Assembly: GCA_043228905.1 (NCBI GenBank)
Contig: JBHGNT010000016.1
Location: forward strand, 17,422,001-17,486,000
Direction: 5' to 3'
From: Azolla caroliniana
Lineage: Eukaryota; Plantae; Polypodiophyta
Length of the DNA stretch: 64,000 nt
Made by a program: the position numbers and the translations under genes. Below are positions 39,112-51,726 of this stretch, piece by piece. Every line of letters begins with the position of its first letter. The stretch's first letter is position 1. Below the pieces are notes generated by a model that made no database searches, had not been told where the DNA came from, and saw only the letters and a program-made list of their open reading frames with translations.

Positions 39112-42100
39112 TGTCGTGCCTCTCGGCGCCGGATCGTTACGTGAGTCGGGTGGGAACCGCTGAGGTTTTGGACTAGGAGAAAGGAGATCTTGAGATAGAG
39201 ATTAATTATGAGTAGATAGCAAAGAGAAAGATAAGAAACTCGTGAATCACACGAGTATACTATATTAATTGGTACTTAGATTGTTAAGAGAGAAGTAGAT
39301 GCATAAATCGTGAATCCGACGAATAATTTTTATATTGATCAATACTTAATCCAAAAGTAACCAACCCTTATACATCTTTCTCTCCTACTTATATAAGGAC
39401 GGAAGATAAGCATAGCTTCCTGCTTTTCTAAAGTGTTCATGCTCTCTAAATTTGCATGCTTTACTTTTCCCACTACGATTTCCTAAATTTAGCATTCATG
39501 CCCGCTAGATGTGCATGAGAAATTTTATTAGTGTGCATATAAATAAAGTTTTCACGTATTCTAAAAATGATGACTTAACTAGGCGAAAATAAAGGTTTTA
39601 TACGTATGAAATCTATATTTGAAACACTTAGAATAAGTTAGTATAATGGTAAGGTTGGAGTTTGTCTACGTCGAGGTGCATGGTTTGAATCCTGCCCTAT
39701 GCACATAATAGAAACTTTAATGTTTCTTTTATTTACAATTGTGTCTCTTCATCCTGTAAGAGACTCTCACCGGCCTTCTTCATCCGGCTCTTCCTTGCCG
39801 ATTCCTCCTTGCCAGTTCCTCTTCGTCCGGTTCTCACCGGGTATTTCATTCTCTATCCGGATGGACAAAAATGCAATTTTCACGTAGTGTGTAAATTACA
39901 CTACGACACTCACCCCCTATAAACCCGCACATCCTCCGGTATGGGCCGAAGTTCCCGATGTTCTATATTCGCCTCCATCCGTATCGCTCTCCGAATCTTC
40001 CCTTATGTCGACTACGAGTTGAAGTCCACTTTCTTCGCTATCCGCATTACCGCGATCTTTGTCCGGTTGCTCCTCATTGTCGGTCTCGTCTATGGCTACA
40101 TAAGATTCGTTGTTAGTCCGCTTCTTGATGATCTTCACCCGTTTCCCTGCTATAGGCACTCGTAGTATCGTTCCATCCAACTCACTTAGTCGGTAAGTTC
40201 CGTTGTCGAAAACTTTCTGAACCTCATATGGGCCGAACCACCTTTTTGCGAACTTCTGTACCGTTGTATGTTGATGATCCAAACTACTGTCATAGACAAT
40301 CACCCAATCTCCTTCTTCAATCTTCCGTGGTCGTAGTCGGTGCTTGGTGTCGAACCGGCTTTTGTTCCGGAGTCGCGCTTCTTGTTGTCGGCGTGATGCT
40401 TCCGCTACATCTTCCGGTCTTCCCTCCAGTTGTCGTATCCGGACCGCTAGTAGTTCTTCCCGACTCATCTCTTCCTTCCATGGTAGCATTGTCCATGTCG
40501 CGATTGCAATTTCCGTCGGCATTACCGGTGCTTGTCCGGTCATAAGTTCTGCTGGCATATAACTGGTTACGGAGCTATGCATTGTCCAATCCGCCCATAG
40601 TGCATACGGGAGCATCTGCGGCCAATCCATCACCCTTCCGTCACATGCTTTGGCAAGTGCTTTGACGATCGGACTATGTCCTCGCTCGACCTTCCCGTTG
40701 GCTTCTGGATTGTATGCTGTTATTAGTGTTAACCGAACTCCATGTTTGGCAAAGAATCCCCTAGCTTTATCAGAGTCAAGTTCTCCCCGATCCGCAATCA
40801 CTTGTCCTATGCACCCGTACCTGCAAAACACTTCTTCCAAAAGAAATTGACATACCGCAGAACACGTTTTTCTTCGTAGCGCCCGACCTTCTACTTGATT
40901 TGTGAGATCTTCCCGAGATAACACCAAGTACTTCTTTTGTCCGATCCCGGTTGACATGGCTACAATGTCGACCATCCATTTGAAGTTGATTGTCGGTGAG
41001 AATGTCAAATGTAACTCATCTCGGTGTCGAACTCCGGAGTAGATTTGACACTTCTCACAGCTTTCCGTGAACTCCGCAACATCTTTGTACATATTCTTCC
41101 ACCAATATCTTTGCTTGATCTTCCCAAATGTTGCCCATGTTCCCCGATGTCCAGCCCAATCAGATTCGTGAAATTTGAACATTACCTGGTTTCGTTGCTC
41201 TTTTCGGCTCCCTCCATAAAAATCCATTTTTCAAGAAGAACTTTTGGACTTTCCGTTTCTTACTTCGGATCTCGGCTCTCTTCTCTTTATTGTCTGATGA
41301 TTCCTCGATTTCTCGTAGCATTTTCCCGATCAACAAGCTTTCTCCCTCGTATTCTTCTTCCCGGAATTCTTGGATTACGTCCACCCGGCATATGTGTTCC
41401 GAAGCAAAGTAGTCTTCGGAAACTTCTTCATTATCGGATTCGGTTATGTCATCTCCGAACCACGCCCTTGATAGCATATCCGCTACAACGTTGTCTTTTC
41501 CGGAGATGTGTCTTACCTCCGGATTAAGTGACTTAACATATGCAATCCACCTTAGCATAGCCACATCCGGTATAGTACAACACCGCATCATCCCGAGTAT
41601 CGGAAGACAATCCGTTTCGATCACTACTTCGGCTCTGATCAAATAATCTCGATCCGATTTTATTGCCGACACAACTCCCCATAATTCTCTTTTGACTTGC
41701 GCATACCCGCATTGCCTATCATTGAGAACCTTTGTTCCGAATCGGATCGGATATCGCGAACCATCCGAGTCGAGTTGATTGATGACCCATCCGATTCCGG
41801 TTGGACTTGTATCAACCGCTACTATAATCGGTCGGTCATAGTTCGGCTTCTTTAGAGCTTCAGCCCTCCGCAGTGTTTTCTTGAGCTTCCTCATGGCTTC
41901 AGTGTGTTCCGGTTTCCATTCGAACTTCTTCCTTTTCCGCAACAAGTGATAGAGCGGGTCCGCAATATGTGCGTAGTGCGGAATTCATATGTGATAGAAT
42001 GCACATGCTCCAAGAAACCTTCGGACTTCGGATTGTGACTCGCATACTTCTTTCATAGCTTGAATCGCATCGATCTTGGTTGGTGACGGTCTTCGGCCGT

Positions 42101-45100
42101 AGGGCCCACATAGATGTCTGACTAACAATATTTCTTCTTGTCCGAATGCCGATTTCTCTCTGGAAAGTGTTAGATGCACATCTTCTAACTTCCGTAACAC
42201 TTTCTCACAATCACGGATATGGTTGACTACGAACCTTCGGCATCCCCGTTCATCCATAGCTTCATCTTTTTCTTCCACCGCACACCCTTTTATTGGAATG
42301 TCATCTAGGAACGACATCGTTATCTCCGGTATGAAATCCCTTAGCACCTTGTTCATCGCATTCATCATATGTGCGACGGAGTTCGTCGCGCCTTGTGGTA
42401 GCGTACACATCCGGACTAATCCTATCGGTGTCCGCATGGTAGTGATGTCTCGGCTCTCCACGGCTAGTTGGAATTGGTCATATCCGGAGTATAGGTCTCC
42501 GATGTAGTATATCGCGCGACTGGCAAATGCTTCCGCAAATTCGTCCACTATCGGACCGACTTCGGAATTCCGGATCGTGACCTTGTTCACCGGTTGCAAG
42601 TCTTGGATAAATCGGAGTGACCCATTTTTCTTCGGAACCGTAAACCATCGATTTGAGTACGGAGCATTTGATGGCTCTAGAATCCCAATCGCCACCTTCT
42701 CCTTGAGCAAGTCGATGACTTTCGGAATATGCGCCCGCAACACCGGAATCGGCTTCAGGCTCCACTGCACATGGTCAATCGTGAAGATCACCATCGGCTC
42801 CACTATCTTCGGATCAATGCACCCTATCTCCTTCAATGTGAATGCAAATGCTTTTCCATGTTGTTCCAGCATCTCACGAAACCGTTCTTCTTCTTTTTGT
42901 GAGAGGAAACCACCTCCACTGATCTGAAGTTTCTTCCGGGTCTCATCCTAGAAGGCATGTCCGATATCCACGGACTTTCGAAGTGTTGGATCTCCTGAGA
43001 CTTCTTTCCTCTTTTGTTCGCTATTGGTGGGTAACGGTCCTGCGGCCGGTTTCACTTTCTTCTCCACGGTCTTGTATTTCGTACTTACCATTACTTCTTC
43101 TTTGCGGAACGCATCCAACCCCATTTTTGCAATGATCTCGTACATCTCGACCGATTCCACCGGAATTACCCGGTTTCCCTAGCTTGTATCTTCTGCGAGC
43201 TCTTCAAGCCGTTGTAGTGTGGTCCCATAGAACACTTCTTCGACTATTCCCACGATTTCTTCGTCTTCTTTTATTATTGATGCCAACCGTAACTTATCCT
43301 CCACTTTTCGGTATTCTTTCTTCATTCCTCCGGTTACGGCCGTGTACGTGGATGCCCCATCCGGACTGATTTGTACTTGTTTTGCTTCGAGAGTCTTCTT
43401 CCTGTGTGGGGTATCAGGGTTTCTCGGACTATCACTTCCCCACTCCGCAACAGTCCGATCTAAAAATCCATCTTCATTTGGGACAAGAGCTCCCTCTTGT
43501 TCCTTTCATGATTTGCCGGCACCGTTAGGAATTGGACGGATTTCCCTCCGTTTTGGCTCCGAATTCGTGCAAAAGCCGCACCGCTATCGAGCACCTTCGT
43601 CTCCATCCGTGATGCCATGATAAAGGGTTGCCCGAGGATCACGGAGTGTGAGACCTCATCTTGCATGAAGAAATTTTGGTCTATCTCCACATCCCCGATC
43701 TTCACCATCACATCCGGACAAGCCGCAAATAGTTCTTCCGTTGCTTTAGTGGTTGCCCGGATCTTCCACCCATGATTCGTGTTAATAGGCCACTTACCCT
43801 TCCGGTAGAACTCCTTGGACATCAAGTTGATGTCCGATCCGTGATCAATCAATGCTAGCACGGGTTCTATGATGTTACCGATTCAGACCGGAGTCTCCGT
43901 AGTTGCGCGTGCCCAGTGTGGCTTTGTGTAGTGAGAATTCGGTATTTCATCCTCCAATTCGGTGTCATTCATTAGAACGGTATTTGCATTCACCCTTGGA
44001 GCGTTCTCCTCCGTACTTTGCCTTTTTCTCTTCACGAGATCCACAAGAAGATCGCGGAACTCCTTCTTCGCTATTCTGAGTAATTCTCAAAGCGAAAAAT
44101 CTACCCGACTATCGAGGATTCTCTCCTCGAACACCTTTTTCAAGTCCGTTTGTTGTTTGATGTCCAAGGTGAGCTTGAATGCCGGAATCATCTTTTCTTT
44201 TCCCTTACCTCCGGAGTTCCAACTTTTCGGTGTCTTCGATGGACCGGCCGCCTCATCCGTGCGCCGTCGCTTCTCATCTACATACACTTCATGCAATTGG
44301 CATAAAGCAAACACACTATTCTTATCCACGAGGCACTCCCATCCTGTAGCTTCCTTGATGCCTTCCGCGGTGCTTCGGATCTCGTTAGAGTCGGTTTTCT
44401 CGGAGTTTTCTAGCATATCCGGCCAAAAAGACGCCTTTGCTCCCGACAACTCACCCACACTTATTCCCGCGGTTGTTGCATAATTACCTTTTGCCGCTAT
44501 TTCCTCCTCTAGAAACTTCTTCATGCCGCCTTTTTGGAAGTTAGGTCGGAGTGGCTTCCGAGAGTCCATCGAATGAATTCGATTTCCCTCGTAGTAGATA
44601 AGATCCCGTCGTAACGCCTCCTTGTGCTCGTCGCAATCCCTCTGATCGTGTTCGGTGCTATCACACCATATACATCGACGGTCCATATACTTGGAGTTTG
44701 TGGGACGGTCTCCCGACTTCTTCACCATCGTGATTTTCAGATTCTCCATATCTTTCAGCAACTGCTCCACCGTGGTTGCGTCAATCCCCTTCTCGGTCGT
44801 AGTCTCTCGAGCCTACAGTTGATGGTCCTCCAATCCGAATCTCGGTTTCGAAATCGGTTCCGAAACCCTCTTCTCTTCATTAGCAAGCCACTGCCCCCTC
44901 TTCGTGTATCGCGTGACGATATCCCGCACGCTTTCCCACGTTTTGGTGAGGCCGCTTTCGGTGGTCGTGTCCTCCAGAAGCACTCCGAGATCTTTCCGCT
45001 CCCGGACGTCCACAGCTTGCAAAAACATGATGACTTTGTCCGGTGCAAGAATAGTTTGATCTCTCGCGGACAACCCCCTGAACTGACTTTCAAATGACAA

Positions 45101-46260
45101 AAATACTTCGAGGACCTTCAGCCCCTTACCTGGCGTTTCCACCCAATCTTCGAATCCCCTCCGTGTTGCCTTGGAGGAGTCCTCGATGGTGAACGTGCTC
45201 TTTAACGCTTCTTCAAATGCTTCCCACGTCGGATTTTGCTGTTGTAACCCGTGAATACTCCCTTGAATCCCGTCTGTTGCCACCCGGTTGAAGGATGCCA
45301 CTTGCAGTCCTTCCGAAATCCAGCACCGGAGCATCTCTGCCTTATAATCTTGCAAATATCGCGACACATCCTTACCGTTGAATTGCCCGTTGCGTTGCAT
45401 GAGCCGCTCTACTGCTGTTGAAATCTCTGACATCGAGCGTTGTTCTTGTAGTATCCGCTCGAACATCGCCATCATATTATGATCTTGTTGATTCTCCATC
45501 TCCTTGCCACCCGTTTTCACGTCGGGTTCACCACTTGTGTCGTGCCTCTTGGCGCCGGATCGTTACGTGAGTCGGGTGGGAACCGCTGAGGTTTTGGACT
45601 AGGAGAAAGGAGATCGTGAGATAGAGATTAATTATGAGTAGATAGCAAAGAGAAAGATAAGAAACTCGTGAATCACACGAGTATACTATATTAATTGGTA
45701 CTTAGATTGTTAAGAGAGAAGTAGATGCATAAATCGTGAATCCCACGAATAATTTTTATATTGATCAATACTTAATCCAAAAATAACCAACCCTTATACA
45801 TCTTTCTCTCCTCCTTATATAAGGACGGAAGATAAGCATAGCTTCCTGCTTTTCTAAAGTGTTCATGCTCTCTAAATTTGCATGCTTTACTTTTCCCACT
45901 ACGATTTCCTAAATTTAGCATTCATGCCCGCTAGATTTGCATGAGAAATTTTATTAGTGTGCATATAAATAAAGTTTTCACGTATTCTAAAAATGCATGA
46001 CTTACCTTTTAATAAAGGTAAGCGAAAATAAAGGTTTTATACATATTAAATCTATATTTTAAACACTCAGAATAAGTTAGTATAATGGTAAGGTTGGAGT
46101 TTGTTTCCGTGGAGGTGCATGGTTTGAATCTTGCTGTATGCACGTAATAGAAACTTTAATGTTTCTTTTATTTACAATTGTGTCTCTTCATCTTGTAAGA
46201 GACTCTCACCGGCCGTCTTCATCCGGCTCTTCCTTGCCGATTCCTCCTTGCCGGTTCCTC
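39112..46260 (-). mobile_element. Trp-primed Ty3/Gypsy LTR retrotransposon, related to 18601-26150, 5' LTR truncated
   Basis: LTRs 39112-39908 and 45538-~46260. PBS TGGTGAACCCGACGTGAA at about 45515-45533. gag 44087-45520, PR (LIDHGSDIN), RT 41985-42872, RH 41160-41945, IN 39917-41227. Confidence 0.93.
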
Positions 46261-46397
46261 TAGAGTTTTTACAAAAATCAATGTAATACAAGAAGTAGCT
46301 TTTATTGTTTCATATAACAATAAGCTATCTTAATGGTTGAGGTTTTCAAGTATGGATTATAAGGTTCGAGGTTCAAGTCCGGGTGACGCCATAATGG

Positions 46398-49300
46398 TCA
46401 TGTGTTCATGACACTATCCCTCCTTTGAGAACGCCGAGTGGAAGTCGGCGTTAACATTGTTGGGCTGAGTTTGTTTGGATAGTGACGATGGAAGTTGTTG
46501 ACCAGAGCTTCAGCATTACAAACGTTATCGATGGGTTCCCAAGTGCAATCACTCGGAGGATGGATAGCCAATCCAATCAACTAAATAATAAAGCTTATTG
46601 CGCACAATCTTAGAATCGAGAATAGCAGCTACCTTGTATTCGGGGTCGTCCACAAGTTGTACAAAAGGTGGTGGTGGCACGACACGATTAGGAATTAAAG
46701 AGGTGTGGCAAGGTTCCAAAAGAGAGCTATGAAAGATAGGGTGAAGCCGCATATGTGCAGGAAGGTTAAGATGAAATGTTGCATCATTAATCTGCGCCGT
46801 GATGACAAAAGGACCTAAGCGTTGATAGTCAAGCTTAGCACACGGTCGGGTAGTCTTGATGTGACGACGAAGCAACCATACACGATCACCAACCTTAAAC
46901 GGAGACTGAAGATGATGTCGATCGACATTGGTCTTATGGTGCGCTTGCGCTTTCTAAATATGTGACGATAACTCGAACTAGATTTGTTGTAGTCGGTGGA
47001 GGTGATGTGCCGCACTAGGGTTTCGTGACACCTCGGGAAGATCCAATATACACCATCGAGGGTGGTTGCCGGTGTAGGCAAAGAAAGGTGTAACTTTGGT
47101 AGAAGAGTGGACCGTGATGTTGTATGCAAACTCGGCAAGATGTAAAATATTACTCCAATCATCTTGTTGATAACTAATGAAACATCGAAGATATTGCTCA
47201 AGCGTTTGATTTGTGCGCTTTGTTTGTTCGTCAGTTTGTGGATGATAAGCCGAACAGAGTTTGCAAGAGATTTTGAGGCCTGCCCATAGGTGCTTCCAAA
47301 AGTGTGAGATAAATTGAGGACCTCGATCGTTAATAATATCATTCGAGAGACCATGATGGCGAAACACTTCACGCATAATGAGATCTGCAGTTTCTTCACT
47401 ATTGATGGTCTTTACACATGGTACAAAATGTGCCATCTTGGTGAACCAATCCACTATTGTTAAAATAGTATCAAAGCCTTTGGAAGGTGGCAAATCCGTA
47501 ATGAAATCCATAGAAATAGACTGCCATGGCTTGTTGGGAGGGGGTAATGGTTATAGTAAGCCATAAGGGTGATGCCGGGGTATTTTGGCGCGACAACAGG
47601 TGTCACAAGTGCGAACATAATCTTCCACAAATTGTTGCAAGTGAGGCCACCAAAACGAAGGTTTCACCAGCTCAATGGTCTTGGAAATACCAAAATGTCT
47701 AGCCATGGGGGCATCATGACAATGTTCCAACACTTGAAGTCGGGGTGATCCATTGGGGACGTAAAGGAGATTCTTGTAGAAGAGTAAGCCATCTTGCCAC
47801 TTGAAGTCCTGATAATGTTGTGATGACCCTGACAATGTGGAGCAGGATGGGCGACTTGAACAACAGTGGGCTAAGACATCCTTAGCAAAATCATCCGAAT
47901 GAAGTTGTTGCCGAATAGTGTCAAGAAGGGTAGAATCAAGTGGCGTGGCATAAATTGTTGTTACTTGCAGCTTTGATGGCCCGATGAGAGTTTGCTTTTG
48001 ATTGTCAAAGGCCGGATCTCCAGGTCGAAGTGCTAGATACGAACGCCAAGATAGAGCATTTGCTTTCCCTTGTTGTTTTCCGGGGTGAAAAATGATCTTG
48101 AAATCGAAACACATTAGAAATTGGGCCCACCGAGCTTGTCGTCTATTTAATACTCGAGTTGTTTGAAAATATGTGAGATTTTTGTGATCACCATAAATGA
48201 TAATATGATGAGGTGATCCTTCTAGAAAATGACGCCATTGCTCGAATGAGTCGACCACAACTAATAACTCCTTGTCATGCACCTCATAGTTTATCTCCGA
48301 AACAGTAAATTTTCTCGAGTGAAATGCAACTGGATGTGTTTGCTCATCCTCGCCTGGTTGCGATAGGATACTCCCCAATGCAAAATCTGATGCATCCGCC
48401 TCAATAGTAAATGGCTTTTCAGGATCAATATGTGCTAGGATGGGTGCTGATGTGAATGCCTCTTTCAGCTGCGTAAAAGCCTTGTCCGCTTCGATACTCC
48501 AAAAAAATGCTTGATTTTTCTTGGTGAGTTGAGTAAGGGTCAACACAATGCTTGAATAATTATGTATGAATTTGCGATAGAAGTTCGCAAATCCAAGGAA
48601 ACACTGGACATCCTGAACTGCGCATGGGGGTTTCCATTCCAATATTGTTTGGACTTTTGCCGGGTCCATGAAAACACCCTGGGATAAAATAGTGTATCCC
48701 AAAAATTCAACTTGTTTGCAATCAAAACTACATTTCTCAAGTTTGGCATAAAGACCATATTTCCTTAGGCGTTCAAGTACTTGCCGCACATGTATATCAT
48801 GCTCCCCCTGTGTTTTAGAGTAAATCAATAGATCATCTAGGTAGATGATTAGAAAAATATCCAAGAAATCCCAGAACATGTCATTTGTCATATGTTGGAA
48901 TACTACAGGTGCATCTATATACTCAAAATGACCATACCGAGTACGAAATGTTGTTTTCCACTCATCTCCTGGCCGAATTCGAACAAGATTATATGCACCC
49001 CTTAGATCAATTTTGGTAAAATGCTTTGCCCCACCAATGCGTTCTAAGAGATTGGAGATTAAAGGTAAAGCACACCTATTCCTTATGGTGACATTATTTA
49101 AGCCTCGATAGTCCACGACCAAACGAAGGGAGCCGTCCTTTTTCTTCACAAAAAAGATAGGAGCACCAGCTAGAGACTTTGAATGTGGAATAAACCCATG
49201 TGCAAGATTTTCCTCGATGTATTCTCGAAGAACCTCAAGCTCAGTGGGTGATAAATTGTAAATCGGACCCCACGGTGGCTCTTTTCCTGGTTGGAGATCA

Positions 49301-50010
49301 ATAGGACAGTCGTACGGTCGATGCTTTGGAAGAACACTAGCTTTGACTTTGTCGAAAACATCAGCATAATCTTGATATTTTTTGGGAATTTGGATGTCTG
49401 AATTCTCGTGAGTGACACTAGAAGGTGTCACTGATACTGCAAATAAGAAAAGGTCCTCCTTGCCTCCCACTTGGCGTAATTGTTGTAATGTGGTGGCTGA
49501 AATTTGATGAGAAGGATATGGTGCATCGGTAGAACTATATACTTTAGGAGGATAATCCCGAGTTCGACCCTTGACAATGATATTTTCTGCTAAAGGGCAC
49601 CTAATTTCTCGCTTCTTCCAATCGATTCTAGGGTTATGTAGCTCGAACCATGGCAAACCGAGGACAATTGGATGCTCAAGACTACGGATTATGTTAAAGG
49701 AAACTACACATCCTAAATCACCCAAGAGTATGTATATTGGCTCAGACTCTTCAAATATCTTCCTGGAAGCTATGGGGCGTCCATCAATCACTACTACGGA
49801 AACTTGACAAGGAAGTGTATGCAAGGATATTTGGTGTTTTTGGGCAAAATCTCTATCCATGAAACAAGAATTGGCTCCAGTATTTAAGAGGGCTTGGACT
49901 TGAAGTTGACAACTGGGTGCCCTAACTTGTACTAGGGCTGAAAAGACTCTACTAACATGCTTGGAAGAAATGGAACCCACACTAGGTTGTACATATCTAG
50001 GGTTGTCCAA
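46398..50010 (-). pseudogene. Chromovirus pol (PR-RT-RH-IN-chromodomain) with a few disruptions
   Basis: 819-aa ORF 47551-50010 (ALLNTGANSCF, IIYLDDLLIYS, EADASDFALG), IN 46978-47511 (MDFITDLP), chromodomain 46398-46875. Confidence 0.93.
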
Positions 50011-50036
50011 CCAAATGGCTCCTATTTTGGCCGGAC

Positions 50037-51200
50037 TTATTTGTTTGACTCCTCTTCTAATTGGCTTAGGACTTCAAATTTATTGGACAAGGGTGGATTA
50101 TTCATAATATTAGATTCACTAACTGCTTCTAAAATGTTGGACTCATTTTTATTGTCATATCGAATTTGATTTACCTGACGTCTCGGCTTACGGGAGCAAT
50201 GAATGACTATATGTCCTGGACCTCCGCAATATAAGCACAGATGGTTTGCTTGACGAAGTTGCTTCTCTTCGTTTGACAACGGTCCTCGTTGTTGAGTCAT
50301 ATCGATCTCAATGGGTGCAGGACTATCCATTGGGACTGGACTACGTGTTTGCCTTGGAGTTGGAGCAGGGCTATACATTTGCCTTGGGGATGATTGCGCC
50401 GTTACTGATGCATAAGTTGGTGTGAATCTTGATCTTGTTATTTGTTGTTGTTGCCCATATCGATGCTCAAAAAGGCGATTATCACACCGTATTGCTCGAC
50501 TAATAGCTTCTGTAAGTGACCTTGGATCCTTGGGGAAGGTAAGAAGTAAGTCTTTGACATCACTATGAAGGCCTGAATGGAATTGCTCCATTAGGGCTTG
50601 TTCATCCCAAGGAATATCGCTTGCGATGAGACGGAAATTGGCAGCATATGTTGAAGCTGGTTGATCACCTTGATGAAGTGTACGAATCTTGTTGACAATT
50701 GTTCTCGCCCCATCAGTATCTCCGAAACAAGCCTTAAATTCCTTGATAAATTCCTCGAAATTATTCAGTAGAGGAGAATTGGTCTCTAGCAATGGAGCAA
50801 ACCACGACAACGCTATGCCAGTCAATAAGGTGCCCACTAGCCCGACTCGTGATGCATTTGTTGGATAACGCGCGGGATGCATTTGAATCACCAACCGTAC
50901 TTGCTTCAAAAAACCTCGGAAATGCACCCTCGACCCATCAAATTTAGCTGGGAGGCTAATTTTGGGCTCCTTGATAAGTCCCTGACCTTCAACCCTTTGT
51001 TGTTGTAACACTACGATTGTTGACTCTAATTGTTGCACTCGTCGCGTGAACTCCTCTTGTTGTTGTTGCTTCTCTATAGTAACCTTTTGTAGATCCCCAA
51101 GTAGACGTTGATTCTCTACTTCAAGAGATGCGAACTTGGATTTAAGGTTCTCCATTTCTGCAACAAGGGTGAGATATTCTTCTGAGTTAATGGCAGCCAT
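50037..51200 (-). CDS. Chromovirus Gag (387 aa, open)
   Basis: Uninterrupted ORF with EPKISLPAKFDGSR capsid motif and CLYCGGPGHIVIHC zinc knuckle. Confidence 0.9.
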   Translation of the reverse strand: MAAINSEEYLTLVAEMENLKSKFASLEVENQRLLGDLQKVTIEKQQQQEEFTRRVQQLESTIVVLQQQRVEGQGLIKEPKISLPAKFDGSRVHFRGFLKQVRLVIQMHPARYPTNASRVGLVGTLLTGIALSWFAPLLETNSPLLNNFEEFIKEFKACFGDTDGARTIVNKIRTLHQGDQPASTYAANFRLIASDIPWDEQALMEQFHSGLHSDVKDLLLTFPKDPRSLTEAISRAIRCDNRLFEHRYGQQQQITRSRFTPTYASVTAQSSPRQMYSPAPTPRQTRSPVPMDSPAPIEIDMTQQRGPLSNEEKQLRQANHLCLYCGGPGHIVIHCSRKPRRQVNQIRYDNKNESNILEAVSESNIMNNPPLSNKFEVLSQLEEESNK

Positions 51201-51225
51201 GGTTTCAGGATGGTTACAAAGGAGG

Positions 51226-51227
<2 letters not shown>

Positions 51228-51268
<41 letters not shown>
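51228..51268. repeat. (GA)n microsatellite in the chromovirus 5' UTR
   Basis: About 20 GA units. Confidence 0.95.
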
Positions 51269-51273
<5 letters not shown>

Positions 51274-51447
51274 GAATCAAACTGTCAGAACCAAGGATAA
51301 AAGATAGAGTGATGGAAGAAGGATATTAGAGAACACGAGAAGAAAGGAACCAAATACTAAGAGAAGAATGGATGTATAAGATAGAGAAAGAAAGAGAATG
51401 GATACAAGATATGTAATGAGAGCTAAAGACTGGTGTTGATTCGAATT
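51269..51447 (-). promoter_or_regulatory. Self-priming PBS (51269-51280) complementary to the predicted transcript 5' end (51436-51447)
   Basis: AATTCGAATCAA versus TTGATTCGAATT, a perfect 12-nt inverted match. The LTR copy starts about 32 nt downstream of TATAAATA (51472-51479, minus strand). Confidence 0.8.
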
Positions 51448-51504
51448 GATTTGAGAATACATGTATGCCCTTATTTATAGGTTCCTATAGAATAGCTTAG
51501 AGAT

Positions 51505-51570
51505 TTCTAGAATGTTCTAGAATGTTCTAGACCTAGAATGCTCTAGGACATTCTAGAACATTCTAGAATA
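51505..51570. promoter_or_regulatory. Heat-shock-element-like array (nTTCnnGAAn) in the chromovirus U3
   Basis: TTCTAGAATGTTCTAGAATGTTC and TTCTAGAACATTCTAGAA immediately upstream of the TATA box. Confidence 0.6.
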
Positions 51571-51726
51571 ATCTAGAGTTTTTACAAAAATCAATGTAAT
51601 ACAAGAAGTAGCTTTTATTGTTTCATATAACAATAAGCTATCTTAATGGTTGAGGTTTTCAAGTATGGATTACAAGGTTCGAGGTTCAAGTCCAGGTGAC
51701 GCCATAATGGTCATGTGTTCATGACA

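Larger units (their letters stand above)
46259..51726 (-). mobile_element. Tcn1/Tf-like chromovirus (Ty3/Gypsy) with chromodomain; 3' LTR truncated
   Basis: 5' LTR 51283-51726; 3' LTR remnant 46259-46413 with PPT. Chromodomain EYKVAAILDSKIVRNKLYYLVDWIGY..TWEP. Confidence 0.93.
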
